This document shows, one piece after another, positions 1 through 8,754 of a DNA stretch of 22,104 nucleotides. The position numbers and the translations under genes are program-made. The first letter of the stretch is position 1. Each line of letters starts with the position of its first letter. The stretch comes from an uncultured Thermodesulfobacteriota bacterium (GTDB taxonomy: Bacteria > Desulfobacterota > Zymogenia > Zymogenales > Zymogenaceae). The DNA lies in assembly GCA_964506935.1 (NCBI GenBank), contig CAZDOD010000028.1, positions 1 through 22,104 of the forward strand, written 5' to 3'. The notes under the pieces were generated by a model, which did no database searches, was not told the DNA's origin, and saw nothing but the letters and a program-made list of their open reading frames with translations.

Positions 1-2
1 TT

Positions 3-3000
3 TTTGGTGCCCCGACAAAATTTTCGATTAAGTATCAGCTGAATTTTTTGGAGGACGGCGACAGAATACGCATCTTGACCCTAACGACAAAAGATCAGCA
101 GCCCAGTGTGGCAGATGTCGGGATAAAGAGACTTTCCGTCGAGATTCGCCGTTCAGGTTCAAACTATTTCGAAATCTGGGGTTATGTCGACTCGGATGGG
201 ACATCATACTACTATGAATACTCTACTACCTCATGGACGTCCAACGGGACGGACTTCGTCAGGACAATTACTCCGGATTCGTGGTATGTCCAAATCGTTA
301 CGATCCACCCCGGAACCCAGAAAATAGAGCTTTCGACCGAGGATGTATCGAGCGGGAATGTCCGCACGGCACAGACAAACAACAAGATCTACAGGGACGG
401 AGATGACTGGTGGTGGTATCTGGGCGATGTATTTACCAACATTCATTTCGGCAGACTAAAGCTCGACTACATCTATGTCGAGGATATAAAAAAGAGGTGT
501 CACTGGTCTGCTCTCAACTCCTTTACTTCTGACGGGAGGATAAAGAGCGGATTTGACGGTTCTTATGTCACAGCCGTAAATGATCTTACGATAAGGTACC
601 GGGGGTCTTACACCGTAAAAAACGACATCCTATCTTTTGTGCCTCTGAGGGATTCTTTTTCTGTCCTAAACGATATCGGGAGGCGGGATACTACCTCTGT
701 CTCTTACTCGCATCAGATATTTCTCGATGGAGAAGATTTATCATCTGCCGTCGAAAAATGGGAGGTCAGCTACGATGAGGACTGGTTTACAAAGCGTGTG
801 AGCATAACATTGAGGGAAAATTCCATCCTTCGAGAAAAATCCCCCTATTTTTTTGGAGACGAGAATTTTTACGATCCCAGGATAGAAGTTTTTGTCGACG
901 AGGAATCGATCGGGCAGTTTTACTGGGAGAATTCCGGAGAAGAGATAAAAAGCGGGGATTATCAAAGCGATATCAACGGAAGGAGCAAGACAGCCCTTTT
1001 GGATAGACCTTTCTCCGAGTTGATAACAAAGTCCTTCTCTGAGGATATCTCCAAGAGAGAACTTGTTGAAGACCTCGCCTTGACAGTTCCGGTTCTGTGG
1101 AAAATCACAGATACGATTATTCCCGCAAGTACCTACAGCGTAAGAGAATCATCTCCGATCGAGATAATCAGGGAGGTGGTGGAATCGGGGGGTGGGAGGC
1201 TTTATTCAGATAATGAGGACAACCTCATAATCGACTATAAGGATTATGAGACAGAAGGAAAAGGCCCTGCACTTTCTCTGCGTACATCTGATGTCATCCA
1301 GACAGGTTATGAGCTCAGTATCCCCACAGGAGAGAATTCGGTCGATGTGGAGGGCTATGATGATGAGGAGGCATACGGGAGGTGGCCGGTGGTTCGGCTC
1401 TTCGCATCCAAGTCGAGCCTCAAATCAGACGGTCACGATTCTCTTGTCCTTACGGCGTGGTGCTATAACCCTAATGGGGATCTCAACGATGTAGAGGAGA
1501 TAATAGATGAGCAGAGGACTCCGTCAGATCCACACACGATCAGCACCGAAAAGACGATAAAGCGGGTAATAGGGATCTGGGAAGACGATATGGGATCCCA
1601 CGGTGATCTAATTGAAGGCCCATATGAAGTGGAGGGATCAAGGATCACGACGAAAGGCGATATGGCGAACATCTTACATCTCATCTCCTATGTGGGGGGT
1701 GATACGTGTTCGTTCTCCGTAGACCATCTTGCTGATGTGGAGGAGCCCGATGTCCTGATTGAAGGTGGTGTGGCCCGGACGACTTTAAGGGCGTCATCCG
1801 GCGGCGGTGGATTCATAACCGTCACGGCTACATTCCGTGGTCAGACCGATTCATTGGTAATAACCTTGGCGGATCCAAAGATAGGTTCAATCGATGGATG
1901 GGCCGATCCGACAAAAATAGCGAGAGGCCAGACCTCTACCATCACATGTCGGGTCGCAAATCCCGACGGCGATCCTGTAGAGGACGGCACGCCGGTCCAT
2001 TTTAAGTTGATTGAAGGTAGGGGAGTGATCGCCGCTGATGAAGAGACCGGAAAAATATATATAGAGTATGGTCTGACCAGCGAGGAAGCAACTTCAACAA
2101 CCGGCACAGAAGAGATAGCTGGCGAGGAAATTATATCTTCAACCGAGATAAACCTCTCAGTTAAGTTTCCGGTATCTAGCCTGATTTCCATCTATCGTAT
2201 CGTGGATGGTGAGCCTTATACGGACGTAAACTATGCAGACGGTGCAACTTTTACGGGGAATAAGGTCACACTTGATAAGACGCTCCCGGCGAGCAAGACC
2301 AAGGTTTCGGTAACCTATAAGTCGGGCGGTATAGCAAAGGTGTATTATTGCGCCCCCAAAGTGGATATCACTGAACCCGTAGAGCTCAGGAATCCTTTTA
2401 CCAATTATATACGATGTCGGGCAGGAGGGGAGGATGATCTTGTGGAGGTTGATGTGGGGGCGGTTCTGATAAGTCAAAGCGGGGCGGAGAGAACCAAAGA
2501 TAAACTCAACTGGAATTGGGTATATTTTCCGGGTCCCGAAAAGGATATTTGGGGCAACTTTGTTGCATCCGATTCCGAGTTGTTTCATGAAGAAAAAGAG
2601 GAGATACCTTACAAATCAGGATACGAGATCGAGTTTGATAACGAATCGACGGCAACGAGGCACGAAAACTGCAGGACATACTTAAAGGACATAAATGAGA
2701 AAAACAATTATATAGTCTGTGAAGTTGAGGGTAGAAGGATTCTTGTTTCAATCGATGAGATGGCCGGGGATAAAGTCAAAGGCATCAGGTATGTGAAGGA
2801 GGAGAATACCGAAAAACCAATTGAGGGGGCGACGGTGAAGATCGATTGGGACGGCGATGGGTACGATGCCGAGGACCCCGAAGATGAGACGCTAATTACA
2901 AAGGAAGACGGCTCGTTTGAGTTCGTTAAGGGTGTGCCGGGGGAGAACAACATAAGGATAGAACATGACAATTACGAGCTCTGTGATGGAATAATAGCAA

Positions 3001-3098
3001 TACCCGTTGAAGTTGGGAAGAACGGCAGCGCACCATACTATGAATATAGGCCTGTAGAGTATTACGCGGAAGTGAGATGGAGGTATGTAAAAAAATGA
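3..3098 (+). CDS. large phage tail-fibre / host-specificity-like structural protein (possibly a surface adhesin). It has Ig-like (Big-type) and carboxypeptidase-regulatory-like beta-sandwich segments. It is probably 5'-truncated by the window edge.
   Basis: The 1016-aa ORF 48..3098 is open in frame back to nt 3 with no upstream stop. The first in-window start candidate is TTG at 48 with no Shine-Dalgarno, so the gene probably begins upstream of the window. The Big-like segment is ...TSTITCRVANPDGDPVEDGTPVHFKLIEG... near residue 640. The CarboxypepD_reg-like segment is ...GATVKIDWDGDGYDAEDPEDETLITKEDGSFEFVKGVPGENNIRIEH... near the C-terminus. The protein is Ser/Thr/Asp/Gly-rich. It is followed by ATGA-coupled small ORFs and a lysis cassette, as in phage late operons. 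Confidence 0.6.
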   Translation, partial: FGAPTKFSIKYQLNFLEDGDRIRILTLTTKDQQPSVADVGIKRLSVEIRRSGSNYFEIWGYVDSDGTSYYYEYSTTSWTSNGTDFVRTITPDSWYVQIVTIHPGTQKIELSTEDVSSGNVRTAQTNNKIYRDGDDWWWYLGDVFTNIHFGRLKLDYIYVEDIKKRCHWSALNSFTSDGRIKSGFDGSYVTAVNDLTIRYRGSYTVKNDILSFVPLRDSFSVLNDIGRRDTTSVSYSHQIFLDGEDLSSAVEKWEVSYDEDWFTKRVSITLRENSILREKSPYFFGDENFYDPRIEVFVDEESIGQFYWENSGEEIKSGDYQSDINGRSKTALLDRPFSELITKSFSEDISKRELVEDLALTVPVLWKITDTIIPASTYSVRESSPIEIIREVVESGGGRLYSDNEDNLIIDYKDYETEGKGPALSLRTSDVIQTGYELSIPTGENSVDVEGYDDEEAYGRWPVVRLFASKSSLKSDGHDSLVLTAWCYNPNGDLNDVEEIIDEQRTPSDPHTISTEKTIKRVIGIWEDDMGSHGDLIEGPYEVEGSRITTKGDMANILHLISYVGGDTCSFSVDHLADVEEPDVLIEGGVARTTLRASSGGGGFITVTATFRGQTDSLVITLADPKIGSIDGWADPTKIARGQTSTITCRVANPDGDPVEDGTPVHFKLIEGRGVIAADEETGKIYIEYGLTSEEATSTTGTEEIAGEEIISSTEINLSVKFPVSSLISIYRIVDGEPYTDVNYADGATFTGNKVTLDKTLPASKTKVSVTYKSGGIAKVYYCAPKVDITEPVELRNPFTNYIRCRAGGEDDLVEVDVGAVLISQSGAERTKDKLNWNWVYFPGPEKDIWGNFVASDSELFHEEKEEIPYKSGYEIEFDNESTATRHENCRTYLKDINEKNNYIVCEVEGRRILVSIDEMAGDKVKGIRYVKEENTEKPIEGATVKIDWDGDGYDAEDPEDETLITKEDGSFEFVKGVPGENNIRIEHDNYELCDGIIAIPVEVGKNGSAPYYEYRPVEYYAEVRWRYVKK

Positions 3099-3451
3099 GC
3101 ATACATGTTATCTGTAAATACGATACCGGCGATAGACCCATGGAGGCGATCTCAGATAGCCTCATTATTACTGAAGGGGAGGCAAGAGAAAGAGGATACG
3201 CCGAGCTCAACCTCCGATGGAAGGTGAAATCGGTATATGATTTCAACATACCCTTCCCCGAGGGCGGACATATCTTAAGGCCGGGGCTCTTTGTTCGGAT
3301 CACATGTCCGGAGTTGGGTCTGTTGGCAGAAGACTTCTATATCGCAAAGATTACACTTTCGGGTGATGTAAGTGGTGTCATGATGAGGCTCGTTTGTGAA
3401 AATTATCAAGACTGGGAAGAAGAAGGCCAGGTACCGGACGAGGAGGAATAG
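3095..3451 (+). CDS. hypothetical small protein (118 aa) with an acidic C-terminus, translationally coupled to the upstream structural gene
   Basis: The listed ORF 3077..3451 has an in-frame ATG at 3095 that forms an ATGA overlap with the stop of the upstream gene (TGA 3096-3098), which is typical translational coupling. No recognisable motif was found. The C-terminus is ...EEEGQVPDEEE. Confidence 0.45.
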   Translation: MSIHVICKYDTGDRPMEAISDSLIITEGEARERGYAELNLRWKVKSVYDFNIPFPEGGHILRPGLFVRITCPELGLLAEDFYIAKITLSGDVSGVMMRLVCENYQDWEEEGQVPDEEE

Positions 3452-3525
3452 AGATGAACTTCTTTCTGCCATCGGAAATTGGATAATGGTGTGTTTTGTA
3501 TTGAAAAATGGGTAGATAAAGAGAG

Positions 3526-3798
3526 ATGAAATTCACAAATTTAGTGAGGGACATTGCGAGGAGGGAGGCCGTTGACAATTTCGTCACAGGGAGAATCACC
3601 TCGAAAGACTACAGGGGTAAGTTCACTGTGGAGATATGGGGGGGACTCGAGATAAAGGCATATAACGCCGGGGGGCAGGATATTGCGGTCGGCGATGCCG
3701 TTGCTGTAAGACTGATAGACGGTAATATCAACAAGGCCGAGATTGCGGGAAAGACCGCGAGAAAGACGGGCGACAGAAAGGTCGTCTTCTGGAGGTGA
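3526..3798 (+). CDS. hypothetical small protein (90 aa)
   Basis: ORF 3526..3798 is preceded by the purine-rich stretch aaagagag. Its stop TGA at 3796-3798 overlaps the starts of the next gene. It shares orientation and tight spacing with the flanking phage-like genes. Confidence 0.45.
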   Translation: MKFTNLVRDIARREAVDNFVTGRITSKDYRGKFTVEIWGGLEIKAYNAGGQDIAVGDAVAVRLIDGNINKAEIAGKTARKTGDRKVVFWR

Positions 3799-4022
3799 TG
3801 ATGGAAGGGAACGAAGACGGAAGCCGTATAAAGGCGGCGGAATTTCGCGGAATGATGCTTGAGCGGACGGAGATCATCTTAAAGGAGTTGGCTTCGCTAA
3901 AAATCACGGTCGAGGATCACACCAAGAGCATTGAGCGTTTGAAGATAAAGGCGTCTCTCTGGGGTTTTCTGGCCGGTTCTATCCCCGGGCTCCTGACGGC
4001 CTTGATTTTACTTTTGAGGTGA
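3798..4022 (+). CDS. XhlA-like small membrane protein with an N-terminal coiled-coil and a single C-terminal TM helix; phage lysis-associated
   Basis: There are three consecutive start candidates: GTG 3795, ATG 3798 and ATG 3801. GGAGG at 3791-3795 gives the best spacing to the ATGs. The amphipathic N-terminal region is ...ILKELASLKITVEDHTKSIERLKIKAS... and the C-terminal hydrophobic helix is LWGFLAGSIPGLLTALILLL. It sits immediately upstream of the endolysin, whose SD (GAGGTGA) lies in its 3' end. Confidence 0.5.
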   Translation: MMEGNEDGSRIKAAEFRGMMLERTEIILKELASLKITVEDHTKSIERLKIKASLWGFLAGSIPGLLTALILLLR

Positions 4023-4026
4023 AGCG

Positions 4027-4476
4027 ATGCCGAAGATGACATCTGGTGACTGGAGGCTGATTCGAAATTTCTCACCGGGGGAGAATTGGGGTGATCCCTA
4101 TCAGATGGATCGGGACCTCATCTACCTCCTCGAAGTCCTCCGCGGGCTATTCTGGTTTCCATTTTCTATCCACTGCGGATATCAGAAGAGGCCCGAGAAA
4201 CCGAGTAGCCAACACAATTTCGGGAAGGCGTGTGACTTTCACGTCGACGGGATGCCCTTTTCCGGTGCCGTGGATTTGATGCTCATCTTCATAGGGCCAA
4301 GGCCTGGGGGAATCGGGGTCTCCGAAATCATCGGCCTCGGCATTTACCCCCACTGGAAAAATCCCGGCTTTCACATCGATACGAGGGGTGAAAAGGCGCG
4401 CTGGGGGGCGGTGATGAGCAAAGGGAAGCAGGTCTACGTCTCCTTTTCCGAGGCGTATCGGAAAATTGTGAGTTGA
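4027..4476 (+). CDS. peptidase M15 family (VanY / L-alanyl-D-glutamate peptidase-like) cell-wall hydrolase; a phage endolysin with no signal peptide
   Basis: The zinc-peptidase signature S-x-H-x-x-G-x-A-x-D is present as SQHNFGKACDF, followed by FHVD and a second GFHID motif. There is no N-terminal signal or TM segment, so export would depend on a holin. A strong SD, GAGGTGA, lies 5 nt upstream of the ATG. Confidence 0.8.
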   Translation: MPKMTSGDWRLIRNFSPGENWGDPYQMDRDLIYLLEVLRGLFWFPFSIHCGYQKRPEKPSSQHNFGKACDFHVDGMPFSGAVDLMLIFIGPRPGGIGVSEIIGLGIYPHWKNPGFHIDTRGEKARWGAVMSKGKQVYVSFSEAYRKIVS

Positions 4477-4477
4477 G

Positions 4478-4567
4478 ATGGTCGTTTCAGTAATATTCGC
4501 ATTTTTAATCGCCGTCATCTTCATAATAATCTTTCGCCATCTGGAAGATTCCGATGACCAAGGATAA
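4478..4567 (+). CDS. possible 29-aa single-TM micro-protein (MVVSVIFAFLIAVIFIIIFRHLEDSDDQG)
   Basis: An ATG lies 1 nt after the endolysin stop and opens an ORF that is almost entirely one hydrophobic helix. It is too short for the ORF track and has no clear SD. Its 3' end overlaps the start of the holin-like gene. Confidence 0.2.
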   Translation: MVVSVIFAFLIAVIFIIIFRHLEDSDDQG

Positions 4568-4802
4568 GGGGCGTCGGAGGGAAGGAAAATGGAGGATAGT
4601 CTTCGTCAAGGAGGACGGGACGATAAAGGGAGCATGGATTGCCACGGGTGTCACATTTCTTACCTTCGGGCTCTTTGGTGTGGGGGTATTTTGGGAAAGG
4701 GCCGCAGACAACCTCGAGAAATTCGGGATCTATCTCGCCAGCTCCTATTCAGTGACGATCGGGGCGTATTTGTTGAAAAAGTATAAGGAGGATGCAAGGT
4801 GA
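4554..4802 (+). CDS. holin-like small membrane protein with two TM helices (class II topology)
   Basis: The 82-aa product has a basic N-terminus (KDKGRRREGKWR) and two hydrophobic helices, AWIATGVTFLTFGLFGVGVFW and IYLASSYSVTIGAYLL, with a charged C-terminus. GGAAGA lies upstream of the ATG. The gene sits in a lysis cassette next to the endolysin. Confidence 0.55.
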   Translation: MTKDKGRRREGKWRIVFVKEDGTIKGAWIATGVTFLTFGLFGVGVFWERAADNLEKFGIYLASSYSVTIGAYLLKKYKEDAR

Positions 4803-5029
4803 AGGAGAAGATCAAGAAGTATCTCATCTGGGTATTGGTCTGTATCATTGTGATCTTATTGATTTACGGTTTTTTTCAAAAGAGGCGGGCCGATAAGATA
4901 ATCCACGAGTCTGAGATCGGAATAGACCTCGACGCCCAGGAGAGGATCGAAAGGGAGGTAATTCCAAAGGTGCTCGATGAAAAGACGACCGACGAATTGA
5001 GCCGAATGGGAGGTGTATTGTGGCAGTGA
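4799..5029 (+). CDS. small type-II (N-in, single N-terminal TM) membrane protein with a charged periplasmic tail; i-spanin-like or holin-accessory
   Basis: The GTG start at 4799 forms a GTGA overlap with the stop of the previous gene. The SD AAGGAGGA at 4785-4792 lies 6 nt upstream. The N-terminal helix is YLIWVLVCIIVILLIYGFF, followed by a highly charged region (ESEIGIDLDAQERIEREVIPK...). Confidence 0.5.
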   Translation: MKEKIKKYLIWVLVCIIVILLIYGFFQKRRADKIIHESEIGIDLDAQERIEREVIPKVLDEKTTDELSRMGGVLWQ

Positions 5030-5430
5030 GAAATTTGGGGTATCGAATAGTCGGGCCGATCTTTTTGAGCATTTCGCTTTTATTAATTTGTGGCTGTGCC
5101 ACGGTATCGCATGTCGTAAACCCCCCGCCGAGGGCGACCGATCTCCTCTACACTGAAGACGATGTGATGGATGTCATCGATGAGCTTTCAAAGGGTGAAA
5201 TAGGAGATGAGGACGCCGTGTATTTCGACGGAGAACGCTACTCCTTAAAATCCGGTGTCTATAAAAAGGCCGTAAAGGACGGTGTAGTAAAAAGGATCCA
5301 GGAGAAAAAGATCAGGGAGTTCATAACTGAATACGACCGCGAGACAATAGCTGACGCCGTAAAAAAAGACCTCGGAACGGCGGGGCTGATCGTATTGATC
5401 ATGGTGGTACTGGGGGTTTTGTTGTTGTAG
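5020..5430 (+). CDS. lipoprotein with a lipobox signal and an additional C-terminal TM helix; unimolecular-spanin-like topology
   Basis: The GTG start at 5020 follows the SD GGGAGGTG at 5008-5015 and overlaps the stop of the previous gene. The N-terminus ...LSISLLLICGC ATV fits the lipobox pattern, with cleavage before the second Cys. The extreme C-terminus AGLIVLIMVVLGVLLL forms a TM helix at the end of the protein. Confidence 0.55.
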   Translation: MAVRNLGYRIVGPIFLSISLLLICGCATVSHVVNPPPRATDLLYTEDDVMDVIDELSKGEIGDEDAVYFDGERYSLKSGVYKKAVKDGVVKRIQEKKIREFITEYDRETIADAVKKDLGTAGLIVLIMVVLGVLLL

Positions 5431-5606
5431 ATTGGTTTATATTTCCGCTTGGGTATGATAGTTAGTTGATTGAAATGAATTTATATGGCTGATATTATCA
5501 TTGGTAAGATTTTAAGAAGTTTAAATCTATACATAAAAGTATGAGTGAACCAACCGTAAAGTGCGAATGCCAAAGGTAAATTAAAAAATCTCAGCCGAAA
5601 AAGATA

Positions 5607-5642
5607 AGGGCCACTCAGACAGAAATCGGCGGCCCTTTTTTG
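5607..5642. terminator. rho-independent terminator, probably bidirectional
   Basis: The GC stem agggcc(5607-5612)...ggccct(5631-5636) is followed by TTTTTT(5636-5641) on the plus strand and preceded by aaaaag on the plus strand, which is a U-run on the minus strand. It lies between the convergent lysis cassette (+) and the RND permease (-, stop at 5710). Confidence 0.5.
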
Positions 5643-5709
5643 ATTTATCTCCATCTCTATTTAGAGAATCATCTTGTCCTTTCTGGACGCTATTTTTTCA
5701 AATAAATTA

Positions 5710-8700
5710 TCATTTCTTAAAAATCTTCTTCCTTATATCCTCTGCGATGATGTAAAGACACGGAATCACGATAAGGGTGAGTATCACCGCGAATGCCATC
5801 CCCCAAACGATAGATACTGCCATGGGGGTGAGCATTGGTTCTCTGCCGCCGATTCCTATCGCCATCGGGAGGAGACCGCCGATGGTAGTCAGGGTCGTCA
5901 GGAGAATCGGCCTCAGCCTTACCTTTCCCGTCTCAATGACGGCGTTGTATATATCCATACCCTTATCCCTCGCCCGGTTGATGAAATCCACCATTACGAT
6001 TGAATCGTTGACAACGATGCCGATGAGCGCAATAATTCCGATTCCCGCCATGAGCGAAAGCTCGACATTCATGATAAAGAGGCCAAAAACAACGCCTATG
6101 AAGGAGAAAGGTATCGTCACCATTATAATGAGGGGTTGGATGTATGATCTAAAAAGGGCCGCCAATATTATATAGATAAACAGAACAGCGGCAAAAAAGG
6201 CGCGAAGGAGTGAGAAGATCGACTCCATCGTGTCTTCATATTCACCGCCGTATTTAAAGGTGTAACCGGGATACTTATCACTCCTATATCCGAATGTCTC
6301 AATGAGGGCTTCGTTGACGATCTTTGATGTGGTCACACCCTCGATTATATTGGCCGATACCGAAATCGTGCGCTCACGGTCGGAATGATTAATCCTCAAC
6401 ATCCCGTCGCTGTATACGATATCCGCGAAGGCCTTTATGGGGATTCTGTCTCCGTTCCCGTTTTTAACGGAGAAGTTCAAAAGGTGATCGAGGTTTTTTA
6501 GGTCCTCGTCATATTTCACAATGATGTCTATTTTATCGGTGCCCCGTCTTATCGTTCCCGCATTGCTTCCCGAAAAGGCTGAACGAAGCTCTCCGGCGAC
6601 ATCAGAGACGCTCAGGCCCAGGGTTCCCATCTTGTATTCGTCGAACTCAAAACGTATTTCCTCTTTTCCCCTCTTATAATCATCTTCTATGTCCACTACA
6701 CCTTCAATGGATGCGAGCTTCTCTTTGAAATCATCCGCCAGCGCTAGAAGCGTCGAAAATTCATCCCCTTGGATGCTTACTTCAACCGCCGAGCCGCTGG
6801 AAGGCCCCCCGCGTTGCTCCCTGAATCCGATGGATGTTGGGCCGGCGATAAGATCGGTCTTTTTCCTGATATCGGCTGTGATCTTATCGGTACCGATCTT
6901 CTTATAGCCGTACTCGGTCAGTTCCGCACGGATTTCACCTGTATAAGAACTGACCGATGTGATGACCGCCTCTATCTCTTCCTTTGGAAGTCCGAGGATG
7001 ATCTCTTCCACCTCTTTGACCACTCTATCGGTTTCTTCGAGGTTCGAGTCCGTGGGAAGATTTATGCTCACCCTAAATTGCTCGGCGATTCCCCTCCCCA
7101 TAAAAACGAATTTCATGGTAAGGAGCCCAAAGACAATGGTTATAATCGCCAAACCGAAAAGACTGAAAAATACGAGATAGCGACGCTTCAATAAGACACC
7201 AAGTATATTCCCGTAGTAATTCCGAACAGGGATAAACCACGCTCGGGCCTCTTTGTAAATCTCGGCCCCCTTATCTTTAACAAATTCGTTAAGGTGTGAA
7301 GGGAGGACCAAAAACGCCTCCATCAGCGAAGCCAAAAATGTAACAATCACGACAACGGGTATCGCCTTCAGAAATTTACCGATAATTCCAGTCATAAAAA
7401 ACAGGGGGATGAATACTACGATATTGGTTGCTATCGAGGCGACCACGGGGAGAGCGACCTCGTCTGTGCCCAAGACGGCCGATTCAGCGAGTGAATATCC
7501 CATCTCACGATATCGGAAGAAGTTTTCTGACACTACTATGGCGTCATCAACAACAATTCCCAAGACAAGAATTAGGGCGAACATCGAAAGGAGGTTGAGG
7601 GTGATTCCCATGTAGCTCATGACAATGATCGTGAGGAGAAAAGAAAAAGGGATCCCCATTGCCGCCCAGAAGGCCACTCGCGAGTCAAGGAAGGCATAGA
7701 GGATTAATAGCACTAACATCATGCCGAAGGCCGCGTTTAAAAGAAGTGTCTTCTGTCTTTTCTCCACATATTTCGATGCATCATGAACCAGCGATATATT
7801 TATGCCTTCGTCAAGGGTTGCCGACTCTTTTTCTACAATTTTTCTTACCTCTTCGGCGATATCAATAACGTCTCCCGATGTGCTTTTAGTGACCCCAAGT
7901 GAAATGGCTCGATGTCCATTGAGCCTGCTTAAAGACTCTTCCTCCTCGAAGGTCTCGGTGACATCCGCCACATCGCCGACCCTTACGACCCCTTCGGGAT
8001 AAGAACGAACGATGATGTTTTTGATTTCATTCGCTTCATTGGTCTCTCCCATGGCCCTGATGAGGAGCTCTTTCGACCCCGAATCCACAGTTCCGCTGGG
8101 GATGTTTTTATTGCGCTGCTTGATGGCATTTATGATATCCGAAAGCTTGAGATTTGTCGCTTCGAGTCTCCTGGGGTCTGTCTCGACCCAGACCTCCCGA
8201 TCGAGGTATCCCCCCAGGTCTACTGAGCTGACACCCTTGATAAGTTTAATTTCATCTTTCAGGCGGTCAGCCGTATCCCGAAGCTCCTCCTGGGGCGCAT
8301 CACCCCAGATGCCGATCCTGATAACACTGAACCTCGGCTCCCGTTTTACTATATTCGGATCATTGGCGTCTTCGGGGAGGTCGGATACCTTATCGACCTC
8401 ACTCTTTATATCGTTGAGCAATTGATCGAGCTTCGTACCAACGATATCGGCTTCGGCCTTTATGTTGATGACCGAGACTCCTTCGGAGCTCTGTGAGCTG
8501 ATTTCTTCAATGCCGTCGATGTCGGAAATTTCTTCCTCGATGGGAATCGTGATTAGGTTTTCGACCTCTTCCGGCGAGGCGCCCGAGTATGTGGTGGTGA
8601 TGATGATATATCCGAAGTCAACCGCGGGGAAGACCTCCCTGTTGAGCTTGGTTGCAAAGTAGATCCCCAGTACGATGACGCCGACGGTGATCATATTGAC

Positions 8701-8739
8701 GAGGACGGAATTTTTTATCGAGAATCGTGAAAGGGACAT
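5710..8739 (-). CDS. RND efflux transporter permease subunit (HAE1 / AcrB-like, multidrug type)
   Basis: The 1009-aa product has a 12-TM plus two large periplasmic loop architecture. The N-terminus MSLSRFSIKNSVLVNMITVGVIVLGIY... is typical of AcrB. The TM4 motif ...LVLGIVVDDAIVVSEN... matches the HAE1 type G-x-x-VDDAIVV-EN rather than the heavy-metal type. It is the last gene of a three-gene minus-strand operon. Confidence 0.95.
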   Translation of the reverse strand: MSLSRFSIKNSVLVNMITVGVIVLGIYFATKLNREVFPAVDFGYIIITTTYSGASPEEVENLITIPIEEEISDIDGIEEISSQSSEGVSVINIKAEADIVGTKLDQLLNDIKSEVDKVSDLPEDANDPNIVKREPRFSVIRIGIWGDAPQEELRDTADRLKDEIKLIKGVSSVDLGGYLDREVWVETDPRRLEATNLKLSDIINAIKQRNKNIPSGTVDSGSKELLIRAMGETNEANEIKNIIVRSYPEGVVRVGDVADVTETFEEEESLSRLNGHRAISLGVTKSTSGDVIDIAEEVRKIVEKESATLDEGINISLVHDASKYVEKRQKTLLLNAAFGMMLVLLILYAFLDSRVAFWAAMGIPFSFLLTIIVMSYMGITLNLLSMFALILVLGIVVDDAIVVSENFFRYREMGYSLAESAVLGTDEVALPVVASIATNIVVFIPLFFMTGIIGKFLKAIPVVVIVTFLASLMEAFLVLPSHLNEFVKDKGAEIYKEARAWFIPVRNYYGNILGVLLKRRYLVFFSLFGLAIITIVFGLLTMKFVFMGRGIAEQFRVSINLPTDSNLEETDRVVKEVEEIILGLPKEEIEAVITSVSSYTGEIRAELTEYGYKKIGTDKITADIRKKTDLIAGPTSIGFREQRGGPSSGSAVEVSIQGDEFSTLLALADDFKEKLASIEGVVDIEDDYKRGKEEIRFEFDEYKMGTLGLSVSDVAGELRSAFSGSNAGTIRRGTDKIDIIVKYDEDLKNLDHLLNFSVKNGNGDRIPIKAFADIVYSDGMLRINHSDRERTISVSANIIEGVTTSKIVNEALIETFGYRSDKYPGYTFKYGGEYEDTMESIFSLLRAFFAAVLFIYIILAALFRSYIQPLIIMVTIPFSFIGVVFGLFIMNVELSLMAGIGIIALIGIVVNDSIVMVDFINRARDKGMDIYNAVIETGKVRLRPILLTTLTTIGGLLPMAIGIGGREPMLTPMAVSIVWGMAFAVILTLIVIPCLYIIAEDIRKKIFKK

Positions 8740-8754
8740 GTCATTTAATTCTTT

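Noticed and set aside
5541-5579. 12-codon ORF (MSEPTVKCECQR) in the AT-rich gap
   Set aside because: It has no ribosome-binding site and is too short to support without other evidence.
5777-8425. Multiple 65-140-aa plus-strand ORFs (5777..6175, 6769..7194, 6959..7180, 7409..7615, 8012..8425 and others) inside the RND permease gene
   Set aside because: They are antisense shadow ORFs within a well-supported 1009-aa minus-strand gene. Their products are low-complexity (Ser/Thr/Pro-rich) with no start context.
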